From Candidatus Methylomirabilia bacterium (lineage in GTDB: Bacteria; Methylomirabilota; Methylomirabilia; Rokubacteriales; CSP1-6): a stretch of DNA of 21,729 nt. Shown in pieces: positions 1 to 7,758 of this stretch. The stretch is from contig JBGQHJ010000086.1 in the NCBI GenBank assembly GCA_041497895.1, positions 1 through 21,729 of the forward strand, written 5' to 3'. Each line of letters opens with the position of its first letter. The stretch's first letter is position 1. Under the pieces are notes generated by a model, which saw only the letters and a list, made by a program, of their open reading frames with translations, did not search any database and was not told the origin of the DNA. The position numbers and the translations under genes were made by a program.

Positions 1-403
1 CGGGGCGGGCGAGGCTCGCGACCAGGCCCGTCCCGACCGGGTCGCCGACCGCCACCATCACGAGGGGAATCGTCGTGGTCGCCCGCTTGACCGCGAGGGC
101 CGCCGGCGTGCCCGCGGTCACGAGCACGTCCATCTTCCGGGCGATGAGGTCGGCGACGATCGCGGGCAGCCGTCCGTAGTCGCCCTCCGCCCATCGATAC
201 TCGATCGTGAGGTCCCGGCCCTCCACGTAGCCGAGGGCGCGCAGGCCCTCCCGGAACGGCTGCACCAGATTGGACTCGAGCGCCGCGGTCGAGTTCCCGA
301 TGAAGCCGACCCGGTAGAGCTTCCCGGGCTCGTCGGCCGCCGCGGGGAACGCGGCGACGAGAGTGACGAGCGCCAGGGTCAGGTGCAGGAACCAGGTGGG
401 CAT
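1..403 (-). CDS. ABC transporter substrate-binding protein (ABC_sub_bind family), 3' part runs off the window
   Basis: Not in the ORF track. Manual translation from ATG at 403 gives MPTWFLHLTLALVTLVAAFPAAADEPGKLYRVGFIGNS...FREGLRALGYVEGRDLTIEYRWAEGDYGRLPAIVADL...AVKRATTTIPLVMVAVGDPVGTGLVASLARP: signal peptide plus motifs typical of this family, open to the edge. Confidence 0.9.
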   Translation of the reverse strand, partial: MPTWFLHLTLALVTLVAAFPAAADEPGKLYRVGFIGNSTAALESNLVQPFREGLRALGYVEGRDLTIEYRWAEGDYGRLPAIVADLIARKMDVLVTAGTPAALAVKRATTTIPLVMVAVGDPVGTGLVASLARP

Positions 404-417
404 GAGGGCCGCGAGGG

Positions 418-446
418 AGCATAGCCGGCGGGCCCCGCTTCGGCAA
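418..446 (-). promoter_or_regulatory. Putative sigma70 promoter for the ABC binding-protein gene
   Basis: Minus strand reads TTGCCG (446-441), 17 nt, TATGCT (423-418), 14 nt upstream of the ATG at 403. Confidence 0.55.
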
Positions 447-458
447 CACCCGATGCCC

Positions 459-487
459 TTGCGGACTTCCGGGGCGCGGTATACCGT
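459..487 (+). promoter_or_regulatory. Putative sigma70 promoter for the citrate synthase operon
   Basis: TTGCGG (459-464), 17 nt, TACCGT (482-487, TAnnnT). Shine-Dalgarno-like AGAGGAG just upstream of ATG 556. Confidence 0.4.
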
Positions 488-555
488 CGACTGCGTCAGG
501 TCCGCTCCAGCGTCTGCCGCCCGCGGAGCATTCCGGGATCCAAGAGGAGTCGACG

Positions 556-1686
556 ATGACCGAGGGCAGTCAGCTCATCCGAGGTCTCGAGGGCGTGGTC
601 GCCGCCGAGACGCGGCTCTGCGACCTGGACGGAAAGAACGGCCGCCTGGCCTACGGCGGCTACGACATCGACGAGCTGGCGCGTCGAGCGACGTTCGAGG
701 AGGTGGCCTACCTCCTCTGGCACGGCGAGCTGCCCACGCGCGTGCAGCTCGACCGGTTCCAGGTGGAGCTGGCCGCGGTGCGCACCATCCCCGAGGACCT
801 GGTGCGGACGTACGCTCTGATGCCGCGCGACACGGACCCCATGCGGGTGCTGCAGGCGTCCGTCGCGATGCTCGGCATGCACGACCCCGACGCCACCGAC
901 AGCTCGCGGCCGGCCAACCTGCGCAAGGCGGCGCGACTGACCAGCCAGTTCGCCACCGCGATCTGCGCGCACCACCGGGTGCGCGGCGGCCAGGCCCCGG
1001 TGCCGCCGGACCCCGGGCTCTCCCTCGCGGCCAACTTTCTCTACATGCTCACCGGGGCCAGGCCCACCCCGGTGACCACGCGCGCCTTCGACGCGTGCCT
1101 CACCCTCTACGCCGAGCACGAGCTGAACGCCTCGACCTTCACCACCCGTGTGATCGCGGCCACGCTGTCCGACATGCACTCGGCGGTCGCGGGGGGCGTG
1201 GGCGCACTCAAGGGCACGCTGCACGGCGGGGCGGGCGAGGCGGTGATGCGCACGCTACTCGAGGTGGGCCGGCTCGACAACGTCGACGCCTTCGTGGACC
1301 GGGCGATGGGCGAGAAGCGGCGCCTGATGGGCTTCGGTCACCGCGTGTACACCGCGGGCGACCCGCGCGCCGCGATCCTGAAGGGCATGGCCGAGGAGGC
1401 CTGCCGGCAATCGGGCCAGGCCCTCTGGTACGACCTGGCGGTCAAGCTCCACGCCAAGGTGCAGGCCACCAAGCGGCTGATCCCGAACGTGGACTTCTAC
1501 TCCGCGCCGCTCTTCTACTCGATCGGCATCCCGGTGGACCTCTTCACCCCGGTCATCGCCACCTCCCGCATCGCGGGCTGGACCGCCAACCTGCTCGAGC
1601 AGTACGACGACAACCGCCTCATCCGCCCCCGCGCTGACTACAAGGGGCATCCGCGTCGCGCCTTCGTCGCGGTCGACAAGCGCTAG
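556..1686 (+). CDS. Citrate synthase / 2-methylcitrate synthase family (short type, 376 aa)
   Basis: GLEGVVA N-terminus, EHELNASTF, LHGGA, GFGHRVY, DPRA, PNVDFY, C-terminal LIRPRADY. Good RBS. Citrate vs methylcitrate specificity cannot be settled from motifs; the PrpF neighbour favours PrpC-like. Confidence 0.93.
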   Translation: MTEGSQLIRGLEGVVAAETRLCDLDGKNGRLAYGGYDIDELARRATFEEVAYLLWHGELPTRVQLDRFQVELAAVRTIPEDLVRTYALMPRDTDPMRVLQASVAMLGMHDPDATDSSRPANLRKAARLTSQFATAICAHHRVRGGQAPVPPDPGLSLAANFLYMLTGARPTPVTTRAFDACLTLYAEHELNASTFTTRVIAATLSDMHSAVAGGVGALKGTLHGGAGEAVMRTLLEVGRLDNVDAFVDRAMGEKRRLMGFGHRVYTAGDPRAAILKGMAEEACRQSGQALWYDLAVKLHAKVQATKRLIPNVDFYSAPLFYSIGIPVDLFTPVIATSRIAGWTANLLEQYDDNRLIRPRADYKGHPRRAFVAVDKR

Positions 1687-1691
1687 GCGAC

Positions 1692-3653
1692 ATGGGCCGG
1701 AGCCTCACCCGCAAGCTCATCGACGCGCACCTGGTCGCCGGGAAGGCGGTCGCGGGGGACGAGATCGGGCTCCAGGTGGACCAGGCGCTGCTCACCGACA
1801 CCAACGGCACCATGGCGTTCCTCCAGTTCGAGGCCATGGGCTTCCCGCGGGTCCGCCCGCCACGCGTCGTCACCTACATCGACCACAACGTCTACCAGGT
1901 GGACTCGCGCAACTCCGACGACCACCGGTATCTCCAGACCGCGTCCCGCCGCTACGGCGCGTGGTTCTCCAAGCCCGGCAACGGCATCTGCCACCAGGTC
2001 CACTTCGAGTCGTTCAGCGTCCCCGGCGAGCTCGTCCTCGGCACCGACAGCCACACCCCGCTCTGCGGCTCGACCGGCATGCTCGCCATCGGCGCGGGCG
2101 GCCTCGACGTGGCGGTGGCCATGGGCGGCGGGCCCTATCACCTGACCATGCCGCGCGTCACCTCGGTGTGGCTCACCGGGCGGCTGCGCCCGTGGGTGTC
2201 CGCCAAGGACGTGATCATGGAGCTACTGCGGCGCTACACGGTGCGCGGCGGCAGCGGGCGGATCTTCGAGTACGGCGGACCCGGCGCCGCGACGCTTTCT
2301 CTCCCGCAGCGGGCCACCATCTGCAACATGGGCGCCGAGCTCACGCTCACCACCAGCGTGTTCCCCTCCGACGAGGCCACCCGCGAGTACTTCCGCCTCC
2401 TCGGGCGCGAGGCGGAGTGGCGGCCGCTCGGGCCGGACCCCGACGCCGAGTACGACGACCGCATCGAGCTCGACCTGGACGCGCTCGAGCCGTTGGTCGC
2501 CCTGCCCGGCTCGCCCGATCGCGTGGTCCCCGTCGCCGAGGTCGAGGGCGAGCCGGTGGAGCAGATCATGGTCGGCTCGTGCACCAACTCCTCCTGGGAG
2601 GACATGCAGGCGGTGACGCGTGTACTCGAGGGCCGGCGGATCGCGCCCTCCTGCACCTTCGTGGTGTTCCCGGGCAGCAGCCGGATCCTCGAGGTGATGG
2701 CGCGCGAGGGCCTGCTCACCACCCTGCTGGCCGCGGGCGCCAGCATCTCCGAGCCCACCTGCGGGGCGTGCGCGGGCATCGGCCACGTGCCGGCCTCGGG
2801 CGGCCGCAGCCTGCGCGCGTTCAACCGCAACTTCCCGGGCCGGAGCGGCACCAAGGACGACGCGGTCTATCTCTGCTCGCCCCTGACCGCCGCCGCTTCC
2901 GCGCTCACCGGCCGGATCACCGATCCACGCAAGGCCGGCACCGCGCCCGAGCGGCAGTGGCCCGCGTCGCTGCTCGCCTCGGTGGCCGGGCTCATCCCGC
3001 CCGTCGGCCCCGCCGAGGCCGCGGCGGTGGAGGTCCTGAAGGGCCCGAACATCAAGCCGGTGCCGCGCGGCGCGCCGGTCGAGGAGCGCCTGAGCGCGCC
3101 GGTGCTGATCAAGCTCGGCGACAAGGTCTCGACCGACGACATCTCGCCCTCCGGCACCGCGGTGTTGATGTTCCGCTCCAACGTGCCGGCCATCGCCGAG
3201 TTCTGCTTCCGCAACGTCGATGCCGAGTTCGTCGCCCGGGCGCGCGCGGCCGGCTCGGGCGTCATCGTGGGGGGCGAGATCTACGGCCAGGGCTCTTCCC
3301 GCGAGGCGGCGGTCCTCTCGCCGCTCCACCTGGGAGTGCGCGCGGTGCTCGCCAAGAGCTTCGCCCGCATCCACCGGGCGAACCTGATCAACTGGGGCAT
3401 CGTGCCCCTCGAGTTCGAGAGCCCCGCCGACTACGACGGCATCGAGCGCGACGACGTGCTCGACTTCCCGGACCTGCGCGCGAGCCTCGCCACGGGCGCC
3501 CCGGTCACGGTGGCGAGCCGCCGCACCGGCGCGCGCTTCCGCATGCGCTCGATCCTGAGCCCGCGCGAGCGCGACATGCTACTGGCGGGTGGGCTGCTCG
3601 CCCAGACCGCATCCGCTCCCCCCTCTCCCCCGCCGGGGGAGAGGGCAGGGTGA
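1692..3653 (+). CDS. Aconitase-family hydratase, short single-chain (~650 aa) type
   Basis: DHN, GNGICHQVH, GTDSHT, 4Fe-4S ligands GSCTN and CGAC, FNRNFPGR, C-terminal swivel domain with YGQGSSRE and SFARIHRANLINWG. Confidence 0.92.
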   Translation: MGRSLTRKLIDAHLVAGKAVAGDEIGLQVDQALLTDTNGTMAFLQFEAMGFPRVRPPRVVTYIDHNVYQVDSRNSDDHRYLQTASRRYGAWFSKPGNGICHQVHFESFSVPGELVLGTDSHTPLCGSTGMLAIGAGGLDVAVAMGGGPYHLTMPRVTSVWLTGRLRPWVSAKDVIMELLRRYTVRGGSGRIFEYGGPGAATLSLPQRATICNMGAELTLTTSVFPSDEATREYFRLLGREAEWRPLGPDPDAEYDDRIELDLDALEPLVALPGSPDRVVPVAEVEGEPVEQIMVGSCTNSSWEDMQAVTRVLEGRRIAPSCTFVVFPGSSRILEVMAREGLLTTLLAAGASISEPTCGACAGIGHVPASGGRSLRAFNRNFPGRSGTKDDAVYLCSPLTAAASALTGRITDPRKAGTAPERQWPASLLASVAGLIPPVGPAEAAAVEVLKGPNIKPVPRGAPVEERLSAPVLIKLGDKVSTDDISPSGTAVLMFRSNVPAIAEFCFRNVDAEFVARARAAGSGVIVGGEIYGQGSSREAAVLSPLHLGVRAVLAKSFARIHRANLINWGIVPLEFESPADYDGIERDDVLDFPDLRASLATGAPVTVASRRTGARFRMRSILSPRERDMLLAGGLLAQTASAPPSPPPGERAG

Positions 3654-3657
3654 GGGG
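3621..3657 (+). repeat. REP-like palindromic element inside the aconitase 3' end
   Basis: Perfect 11-bp inverted repeat CCCTCTCCCCC (3621-3631), loop GCC, GGGGGAGAGGG (3635-3645), followed by CAGGGTGAGGGG. Confidence 0.7.
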
Positions 3658-3665
3658 GATACAAG

Positions 3666-4763
3666 ATGGCCCAGAGCCGGGTCCGAGCGGTCTACATGCG
3701 CGGCGGCACCAGCCGCTGCCTGGCCTTCCACGATCGCGACCTGCCGCCGGCCGGACCCGCGCGCGACCGCATCCTGATGGCCGCGCTCGGCAGCCCGGAT
3801 CCGTACGGGCGTCAGCTCGACGGGCTGGGCGGGGGCATCTCGTCGCTCTCCAAGGCCTTCGTCATCGGCCCACCCACCCATCCCGACGCCCAGGTCGACT
3901 ACACGTTCGCGCAGGTCGAGGTCAACCGCGCGGTGGTCGACTACACCGGCAACTGCGGCAACTGCTCCTCGGCGGTGGGCCCGTTCGTGATCGACGAGCG
4001 CCTCGTGCCCTACGCCAGCGGCGAGACCGCGGTACGCATCCACAACACCAACACGAAGAAGATCATCGTGGCGCGCGTGCCGGTGGTGGACGGCGAGGCC
4101 GCGGTGGTCGGCGACTTCGAGCTCCCCGGGGTGGCCGGGCTCGGGGCCCGCATCGCGCTCGACTTCCTGGATCCGGGCGGCGCCCGTACCGGCCGGCTCC
4201 TGCCGAGCGGCCGGCCCCGCGACATGATCGCGGGCATCGAGGCCTCGATGGTCGACGCCACCAACCCGATGGTGTTCGTCCGGGCCAAGGACCTCGGGCT
4301 CACCGGCACCGAGCCACCGCCCGCGATGGACTCGGACCGGGCCCTGGTGGCGCGGCTCGAGGCCATCCGGGTGGCCGCGGCGGAGGCGATGGGCATCCCG
4401 GGCAGCGCGGCCACCCCGAAGGTCGCGGTGGTGGCGCCCCCGATTCGCTTCACCGCGCTCGACGGGGTGGCCTACGACGCGGAGCAGACCGACGTGGTCG
4501 CCCGCTGCATCTCGATGGGCAACGCCCACCGCGCCTTCGCGCTCACCGCCGCCATGTGCCTGGCGGTCGCGGCGCAGATCGACGGCACGGTGGTGAGCGA
4601 GTGCGCGGGCGGCCGGGTCGGCGACCTCCGGCTCGGCCATCCCTCGGGGATCCTGCCCATCGCGGCCGCGGTGGGGCGCCGGGACGGCGCGGCGTGGGCG
4701 GAGCGCGTCACGGTGTACCGGACCGCGCGGCGCCTGATGGAAGGCTACGTGAGGGTGCCCTGA
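3666..4763 (+). CDS. prpF: PrpF family isomerase (2-methylaconitate cis-trans isomerase / methylitaconate isomerase-like)
   Basis: YMRGGTS, GSPDPYGRQLDGLGGG, GNCGN (catalytic Cys), HPSG, RTARRLMEG. Confidence 0.9.
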   Translation: MAQSRVRAVYMRGGTSRCLAFHDRDLPPAGPARDRILMAALGSPDPYGRQLDGLGGGISSLSKAFVIGPPTHPDAQVDYTFAQVEVNRAVVDYTGNCGNCSSAVGPFVIDERLVPYASGETAVRIHNTNTKKIIVARVPVVDGEAAVVGDFELPGVAGLGARIALDFLDPGGARTGRLLPSGRPRDMIAGIEASMVDATNPMVFVRAKDLGLTGTEPPPAMDSDRALVARLEAIRVAAAEAMGIPGSAATPKVAVVAPPIRFTALDGVAYDAEQTDVVARCISMGNAHRAFALTAAMCLAVAAQIDGTVVSECAGGRVGDLRLGHPSGILPIAAAVGRRDGAAWAERVTVYRTARRLMEGYVRVP

Positions 4764-4773
4764 CCCGCTGACG

Positions 4774-5928
4774 ATGCCGCTCTCGATGTTCACCGACGAG
4801 CACGAGATGCTGCGGCGGACCGTCCGCGCGTTCGTGGAGAAGGAGGTCGCGCCCCACGTGGACGCGTGGGAGGAGGCCGGACGCCTCCCCCGTGAGCTCT
4901 GGCGCCGCCTGGGCGAGCTGGGCTTCCTCGGCCTCGAGTTCCCGGTGGAGTACGGCGGCGCGGGCGGCGACTTCCTCTCGAGCGTGGTGCTGGGCGAGGA
5001 GATGGCCCGCTGCCGCTCGGGCGGGGTGGCCTTCAGCGTCCTCGTGCACACCGACATGTCCTCGCCCTGGCTCACGCGCTACGGCAGCCCAGCCCAGAAG
5101 CGCGCCTACCTGCCCGGCATCACCCGGGGGGAGACCGTGTGCGCCCTCGGCATCACCGAGCCCGGCACCGGCTCCGACATGGCCGGGATCCGGACGCGCG
5201 CGGTGCGCGACGGCGACCGCTACCTCCTCACCGGGGGCAAGATCTTCATCACCAACGGCGTCCACGGCGATCTCTACTTCGTGGCCGCGCGCACCAGCCC
5301 CGGCTCCGCCGAGCGCCGACACGCCGGCATCTCCATGTTCCTGGTCGAGCGTGGCGCGCCCGGCTTCACGGTGAGCCGGCGGCTCGACAAGATGGGCATG
5401 CGCGCCTCCGACACCGCGGAGCTCGCGTTCCAGGACTGCCCGGTGCCCGCCGCGAACCTGCTCGGCGAGGAGGGGCGCGGCTTCCAGCAGCTGGCCGCCG
5501 GGCTGCAGCGGGAGCGCATCATGGCCGCGGTGCTCGCGCTCTCGGGGGCGGCCCAGGCGCTGGAGGACACCACCGCGTACCTGAAGGAGCGCCAGGCCTT
5601 CGACGGCCCCCTCGCCGGCAAGCAGGTGCTGCGCCATCGCGTCGCCGACATGGCCACCGAGATCGAGGCGGCGCGCCACCTGGTCTACCACGCGGCCTCC
5701 CTCTACACCGCGGGCCAGGAGTGCGCGAGCCCCGTCTCGATGGCCAAGCTCTTCGCCACCGAGGTCGCCAACCGCGTGGCCTATCAGGCCGTCCAGCTCC
5801 ACGGCGGCTACGGCTACATGCGCGAGTTCCCGGTCGAGCGCTTCTTCCGCGACGTGCGGCTCTGGACCATCGCCTCCGGCACGTCCGAGATCATGCGCGA
5901 GATCATCGCGAAGCGGCTCCTGTCGTGA
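4774..5928 (+). CDS. Acyl-CoA dehydrogenase
   Basis: [55 protein letters not shown]. Confidence 0.95.
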   Translation: MPLSMFTDEHEMLRRTVRAFVEKEVAPHVDAWEEAGRLPRELWRRLGELGFLGLEFPVEYGGAGGDFLSSVVLGEEMARCRSGGVAFSVLVHTDMSSPWLTRYGSPAQKRAYLPGITRGETVCALGITEPGTGSDMAGIRTRAVRDGDRYLLTGGKIFITNGVHGDLYFVAARTSPGSAERRHAGISMFLVERGAPGFTVSRRLDKMGMRASDTAELAFQDCPVPAANLLGEEGRGFQQLAAGLQRERIMAAVLALSGAAQALEDTTAYLKERQAFDGPLAGKQVLRHRVADMATEIEAARHLVYHAASLYTAGQECASPVSMAKLFATEVANRVAYQAVQLHGGYGYMREFPVERFFRDVRLWTIASGTSEIMREIIAKRLLS

Positions 5929-6680
5929 CCGGCGCGCCGGCGGCCACCCTGACCCGGGACGGGGCCGTGGCCCGGCTCACCCTGGAGCGGCCCGAGGCCC
6001 GCAACGCACTGAGCCGGGCGATGGCGGACGCCCTCGAGGGCGCGCTCGAGCGCCTGGCCGCGGCGGACGAGGCGCGCGTGGTGGTGGTGGCCGGGCGGGG
6101 GCGCTCCTTCTGCGCCGGCGCCGACATCTCGGAGATGCCGATCCTCTCCCCGGAGGAGGCGGAGACGCTGGCCTCACGGTGGCAGCGGATCATGGACGGC
6201 TTCGCGGCCCTGCCCCAGGTCACGATCGCGGCGGTGCAGGGCCACGCCCTCGGCGGCGGGCTCATGCTCGCGATCGCCCAGGATCTCCGGGTGGCCGAGG
6301 CCTCCGCGCGCTTCGGTCTGCCCGAGGTCACCCTCGGCTTCAACCCGGGCTACGGGATCGCGCGCCTGCTCGACATCGCGGGCGGCGCCCACGCGCGCGA
6401 CTTGATGCTCACCGCGCGCAGCGTGGACGCGGTCGAGGCCCAGCGCATCGGCCTCGTGACCCGCGTGGTGCCCGACGGCACCCTCGAGGCCGCGACCACG
6501 ACCCTGGCCCACGAGGTCGCGCGCTCCCCGCGCGGCGGCCTCGCCGCGACCAAGGCCATCACCGCCGCGCTGCGCGCCGGGCGGCCGGGCACCGAGCCCC
6601 ACGCCTACGGCGCCCTGCGCGCGGCTCCCGAGGCGCAGGCGCGCATCGCCGCGTTCCTCGCTCGACGCCGTCCATCGTAG
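5925..6680 (+). CDS. Enoyl-CoA hydratase/isomerase (crotonase) family protein
   Basis: C-terminal part of track ORF 5139..6680. Likely start is GTG 5925, overlapping the upstream TGA (GTGA). Motifs RPEARNAL, FCAGADI, GHALGGG, FGLPEVTLG. Confidence 0.92.
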   Translation: MTGAPAATLTRDGAVARLTLERPEARNALSRAMADALEGALERLAAADEARVVVVAGRGRSFCAGADISEMPILSPEEAETLASRWQRIMDGFAALPQVTIAAVQGHALGGGLMLAIAQDLRVAEASARFGLPEVTLGFNPGYGIARLLDIAGGAHARDLMLTARSVDAVEAQRIGLVTRVVPDGTLEAATTTLAHEVARSPRGGLAATKAITAALRAGRPGTEPHAYGALRAAPEAQARIAAFLARRRPS

Positions 6681-6692
6681 AAAGGAACCGCC

Positions 6693-7727
6693 ATGGCCTC
6701 GACGCTCCCGCTCCTCTACACCCACGTCATGGGCAGCCACGGCTTTCCCTCCTGGTTCTGGACCGCGCTCGACCGGATCAAGACCGGCGAGTACGGGCAG
6801 ACCGACGTGCGGGAGACCTTCGACGACGCCACCCAGCTCGCGATCCGCGACCAGGAGCGCGCCGGCATCGACGTGATCTGCGACGGCGAGATGCGCCGCT
6901 ACTTCTTCGTGCAGACCTTCTACGGCCACATGGACGGGCTCGAGCCCCTCGAGCCGCTGCGCAAGACCGGCCTCTACGCCTACGACAGCGTGCCGCGCTA
7001 CCGCGCCACCCGGAAGGTCACGGTGCCGAAGGGCCTCGGCACGGTCGACGAGTTCAAGTACCTGGTGAGCCAGACCGACCGGCCGGTGAAGGCCACCTGC
7101 CCGGGACCGGTGACGCTCTCGATCCACATCCAGACCCGGCCCGGCGACGCCTACGACGGCGACCGCCTCGCGCTCTGCTGGGACCTGGTGCCCGCGGTGA
7201 ACGCGGAGCTCCGGGCGCTCGTCGCGGCCGGGGCCACCTGGATCCAGGTCGACGAGCCGTCCGCCGCGATCGTGCCCGGCCAGGCCGCCGAGTACGTGAA
7301 GATGTTCAACGCCTGCGTGGAAGGGGTGAAAGCCAGGATCGGGTACCACGTCTGCTTCGGCAACCTGCTGTCGCGCCCGCGCGGCAAGCGGTCGTATCGG
7401 TGGATGTTTCCCGGGCTGCTCGAGACCCGCTGCGACCAGTTCGTGTTCGAGTACGCGAACCGGGAGATGGCCGAGATCGAGATGTGGAAGGAGATCGGGG
7501 TCGATCGGGACATCGCCTGCGGGGTGGTTGACGTGAAGAGCTTCTACATGGAGACTCCCGAGGACGTCGCCGAGCGGGTGGCGCTCTGTCTCGAGCACAT
7601 CCCGGCCGAGCGGCTCTCGCTGATCCCGGACTGCGGCTTCTTCCCGGTGCCGCGCTGGGTCGCATTCGAGAAGCTGAAGCGCCTCGCGGCGGGCGTGGCG
7701 CTCGCGCGCAAGCGGCTGGGCGGCTGA
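6693..7727 (+). CDS. Cobalamin-independent methionine synthase II family protein (MetE catalytic core only), paralog 1
   Basis: QERAGIDVICDGEMRR, IQVDEP, Zn ligands HVC...E...PDCG, GVVDVKS. At 344 aa it lacks the N-terminal barrel of full-length MetE. RBS AAAGGAA. Confidence 0.88.
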   Translation: MASTLPLLYTHVMGSHGFPSWFWTALDRIKTGEYGQTDVRETFDDATQLAIRDQERAGIDVICDGEMRRYFFVQTFYGHMDGLEPLEPLRKTGLYAYDSVPRYRATRKVTVPKGLGTVDEFKYLVSQTDRPVKATCPGPVTLSIHIQTRPGDAYDGDRLALCWDLVPAVNAELRALVAAGATWIQVDEPSAAIVPGQAAEYVKMFNACVEGVKARIGYHVCFGNLLSRPRGKRSYRWMFPGLLETRCDQFVFEYANREMAEIEMWKEIGVDRDIACGVVDVKSFYMETPEDVAERVALCLEHIPAERLSLIPDCGFFPVPRWVAFEKLKRLAAGVALARKRLGG

Positions 7728-7758
7728 CCAACGACTCTCAACGACGAGGGGGAACGAG

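Noticed and set aside
1961..4771. 936-aa + strand ORF and similar Arg/Pro/Gly-rich alternative-frame ORFs (363..1637, 6179..7531, 13713..14825)
   Set aside because: Off-frame overlaps of genes with clear family motifs, with composition typical of GC-rich frame artefacts.
5139..5924. N-terminal extension of the crotonase ORF (apparent 513-aa protein)
   Set aside because: Overlaps the ACAD gene in another frame. The GTGA coupled start at 5925 gives a normal-length crotonase. The same logic applies to 10563..10889 upstream of livG.
6693..7727. Assigning metE, xecA or mesD symbols to the MetE-core genes, or dmdC/dmdD to the ACAD/crotonase
   Set aside because: Only family-level motifs are visible. 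The N-terminal MetE barrel, MesX, CoM/alkene and DMSP genes are absent from the window.
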